Origin: Candidatus Moraniibacteriota bacterium | GTDB taxonomy: Bacteria > Patescibacteriota > Minisyncoccia > Moranbacterales > UBA1568 | NCBI GenBank assembly: GCA_052034935.1 | Contig: JBPOIB010000008.1 | Location: 2,511 to 66,510 of the forward strand | Direction of reading: 5' to 3' | Length of the DNA stretch: 64,000 nucleotides | In this document: positions 62,761-64,000 of the stretch, piece by piece | How the letters are laid out: each line of letters starts with the position of its first letter | How positions within the stretch are numbered: the first letter of the stretch is position 1 | The notes under the pieces: model-generated | What the model saw: the letters and a program-made list of their open reading frames with translations, nothing else | What the model was told of the DNA's origin: nothing | Database searches by the model: none | Position numbers and translations under genes: made by a program

Positions 62761-64000
62761 CTATTCGCTGAAGAGACCTTGCGGTTCGGGGAAGACGAAA
62801 GAGGAAATATCAGTGTTCGGGGCGACGATGAAGAGGCGGTTTTCCGGGAAGAAGGTGAGAATCTGGCTCGGTGTCTCGGGGAAGCCCTTCAGATCGCTGA
62901 TGGCACGGCCACTTCGGCCGTCGAGTTCGATGAGCTTGAGGGAATTGCCCCGCGTGAAGAGGACATGCTCGTAGTCTTCGGTCCAGCCGACATTGCTGAC
63001 CGGGTCGGAGAAGCGGGCAATCTGGAGGATATCATCTTCGGCCCGCCGCGGCTGCACTTCCCAGGCCCGGGCAAAGTAGACATTGATTTCATTCGCGCTC
63101 GCGAAGAGGAGTTTCTTTCCGTCATTCGAGAACTGGAAGCGGTCGATATTCTTGCCGATTTCCCGGAATGGGTAGGTTTTTGCCCCGCTCTGATTGTAGA
63201 AAAAGAGCCGTTTCTTTTCTCCTCGCTCGAGGAGGGTGATGCGGTTCTCGTCGTAGACATCGAGAACATAGGCGCTTTCACCGAGTGCGACTTCGAGACC
63301 GGGAGCGACCGCAGTGCGACTCTCGCCTGTCCCATTATTCTTGAACCGGTTGATAGTGGCGCCCTCGGTCGCAGCGGTATAAATGAAGTCATTTGTCACA
63401 TCGTAAGCGAGGATATTCTCCGCCAGGAGGATCGGCACTCGGCTGCTGCCAGTTGTATTGAAACGGTAGAGTGATCGGCTCGCGAGAAAGAGTAGTTCTT
63501 CGCCGGTCGTTGCGTTCCAGCGCACACTCGAAGCCTCCAGGCCGGGCGCGATATCGGCGAGCTTTTCGACAGTGCCGTCAGCAATCGTCACGATGTAGTA
63601 GGAGCGGGTCCCGCCTTCGAGGAGGGGAATGAGGATTTTCCGCCCGCTGGGCGACCACTCAAAATTTTCGGCCAGGTCGAAGTCGAAAGCTGCCGCTGGT
63701 CGTGAGAAAACCTCGCGGCCGGACTGCTTCTGCCGATCATAGATGACGACGCTCGTTGCGCCTTCGCGGGTCTTAGCGAGCGCGAAGAGTTCGTTATCGG
63801 GATGCGGATAGATGCGCTCGGTGCCGCCGGTATTCGGAAGTGCGACGCTCGGGTAGTCATCGCGGGTCAGGATGATATTCCAGTATTCCGTCGAGATCCC
63901 GCTTTGGACAACCGTATTCTTGGTCCATGACCGGTAGCCGGGAGCGGAGAGGGTGAGCCGGTGTTCGCCAGGTATGAGGCCGGTGATGTGGACGGTGTTG
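62761..64000 (-). CDS. PEGA-domain + TolB-like (PD40 beta-propeller) protein, 3' part (continues beyond window end)
   Basis: Frame stays open to nt 64000. Translation ...TVHITGLIPGEHRLTLSAPGYRSW is PEGA-like, and YVTD/WSPSG-like PD40 repeats follow. The ORF track shows only 62761..63591 from an internal M. Confidence 0.6.
   Translation of the reverse strand, partial: NTVHITGLIPGEHRLTLSAPGYRSWTKNTVVQSGISTEYWNIILTRDDYPSVALPNTGGTERIYPHPDNELFALAKTREGATSVVIYDRQKQSGREVFSRPAAAFDFDLAENFEWSPSGRKILIPLLEGGTRSYYIVTIADGTVEKLADIAPGLEASSVRWNATTGEELLFLASRSLYRFNTTGSSRVPILLAENILAYDVTNDFIYTAATEGATINRFKNNGTGESRTAVAPGLEVALGESAYVLDVYDENRITLLERGEKKRLFFYNQSGAKTYPFREIGKNIDRFQFSNDGKKLLFASANEINVYFARAWEVQPRRAEDDILQIARFSDPVSNVGWTEDYEHVLFTRGNSLKLIELDGRSGRAISDLKGFPETPSQILTFFPENRLFIVAPNTDISSFVFPEPQGLFSE

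Noticed and set aside
1-64000. CRISPR arrays, transposases, integrases and prophage genes.
   Set aside because: The window was scanned for regularly spaced direct repeats and for recombinase-like ORFs. None was found. The tRNA genes are not flanked by integrase or duplicated attachment-site-like repeats.

Overview
This 64-kb window is a gene-dense bacterial chromosomal segment of high GC (about 57%), coded mostly on the + strand. Most of it is housekeeping.

- **Core metabolism and cell envelope:** a glycolytic trio (tpiA-fba-gap), cell-wall and division genes (murD, murA, mreB, ftsQ-like, uppS, polyprenyl synthase, MraY/WecA-like GT4), and a glycosylation cluster (GT2, two GT4, two adjacent PMT/ArnT-like GT-C enzymes).
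- **Translation and tRNAs:** a ribosomal/translation block (rpmE, prfA-prmC on the - strand; rpsB-tsf; rpmG; infA-rpmJ-rpsM-rpsK-rpsD-rpoA-rplQ-rplM-rpsI) and six tRNAs (Pro-GGG, Thr-TGT, Tyr-GTA, Thr-GGT, Trp-CCA, Glu-CTC).
- **Other named genes:** nrdR, a ComEC split into two ORFs, ndk, galT, csoR with a perfect operator palindrome, rmuC, a class-II photolyase, and holB.
- **Signals and lineage:** several sigma70-like promoters and many intrinsic terminators are readable. Gene content (short Tsf, RpoA lacking the alpha-CTD, Lys-rich tails) suggests a small-genome CPR/Patescibacteria-like lineage. This is inference only.

The most unusual structure is a tightly packed six-gene + strand operon (29467-39851). 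It encodes an 837-aa acidic helical protein, a 1377-aa giant protein, two small acidic proteins, a VirD4/TraG-type coupling-protein (T4CP)-like ATPase and a HIT hydrolase.

- **Giant protein:** it carries five divergent tandem repeats of about 65 aa, a glycine-zipper membrane segment and a LysM-like C-terminal region.
- **Flanks:** two divergent GT-C glycosyltransferases on one side and a membrane PP2C-like protein on the other.
- **Missing partners:** no VirB4, relaxase or pilin genes are present.

This is a candidate undescribed secretion/surface system.

Other points of interest:
- A duplicated CheY-like receiver + terminator module.
- An orphan ParB-like/HhH-GPD glycosylase-like pair.
- A 620-bp AT-rich island carrying a 32-aa poly-Lys ORF.
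- A CsoR-like regulator next to a TrxR-like reductase.
- A predicted outer-membrane beta-barrel protein.

No CRISPR array, transposase or integrase was seen.
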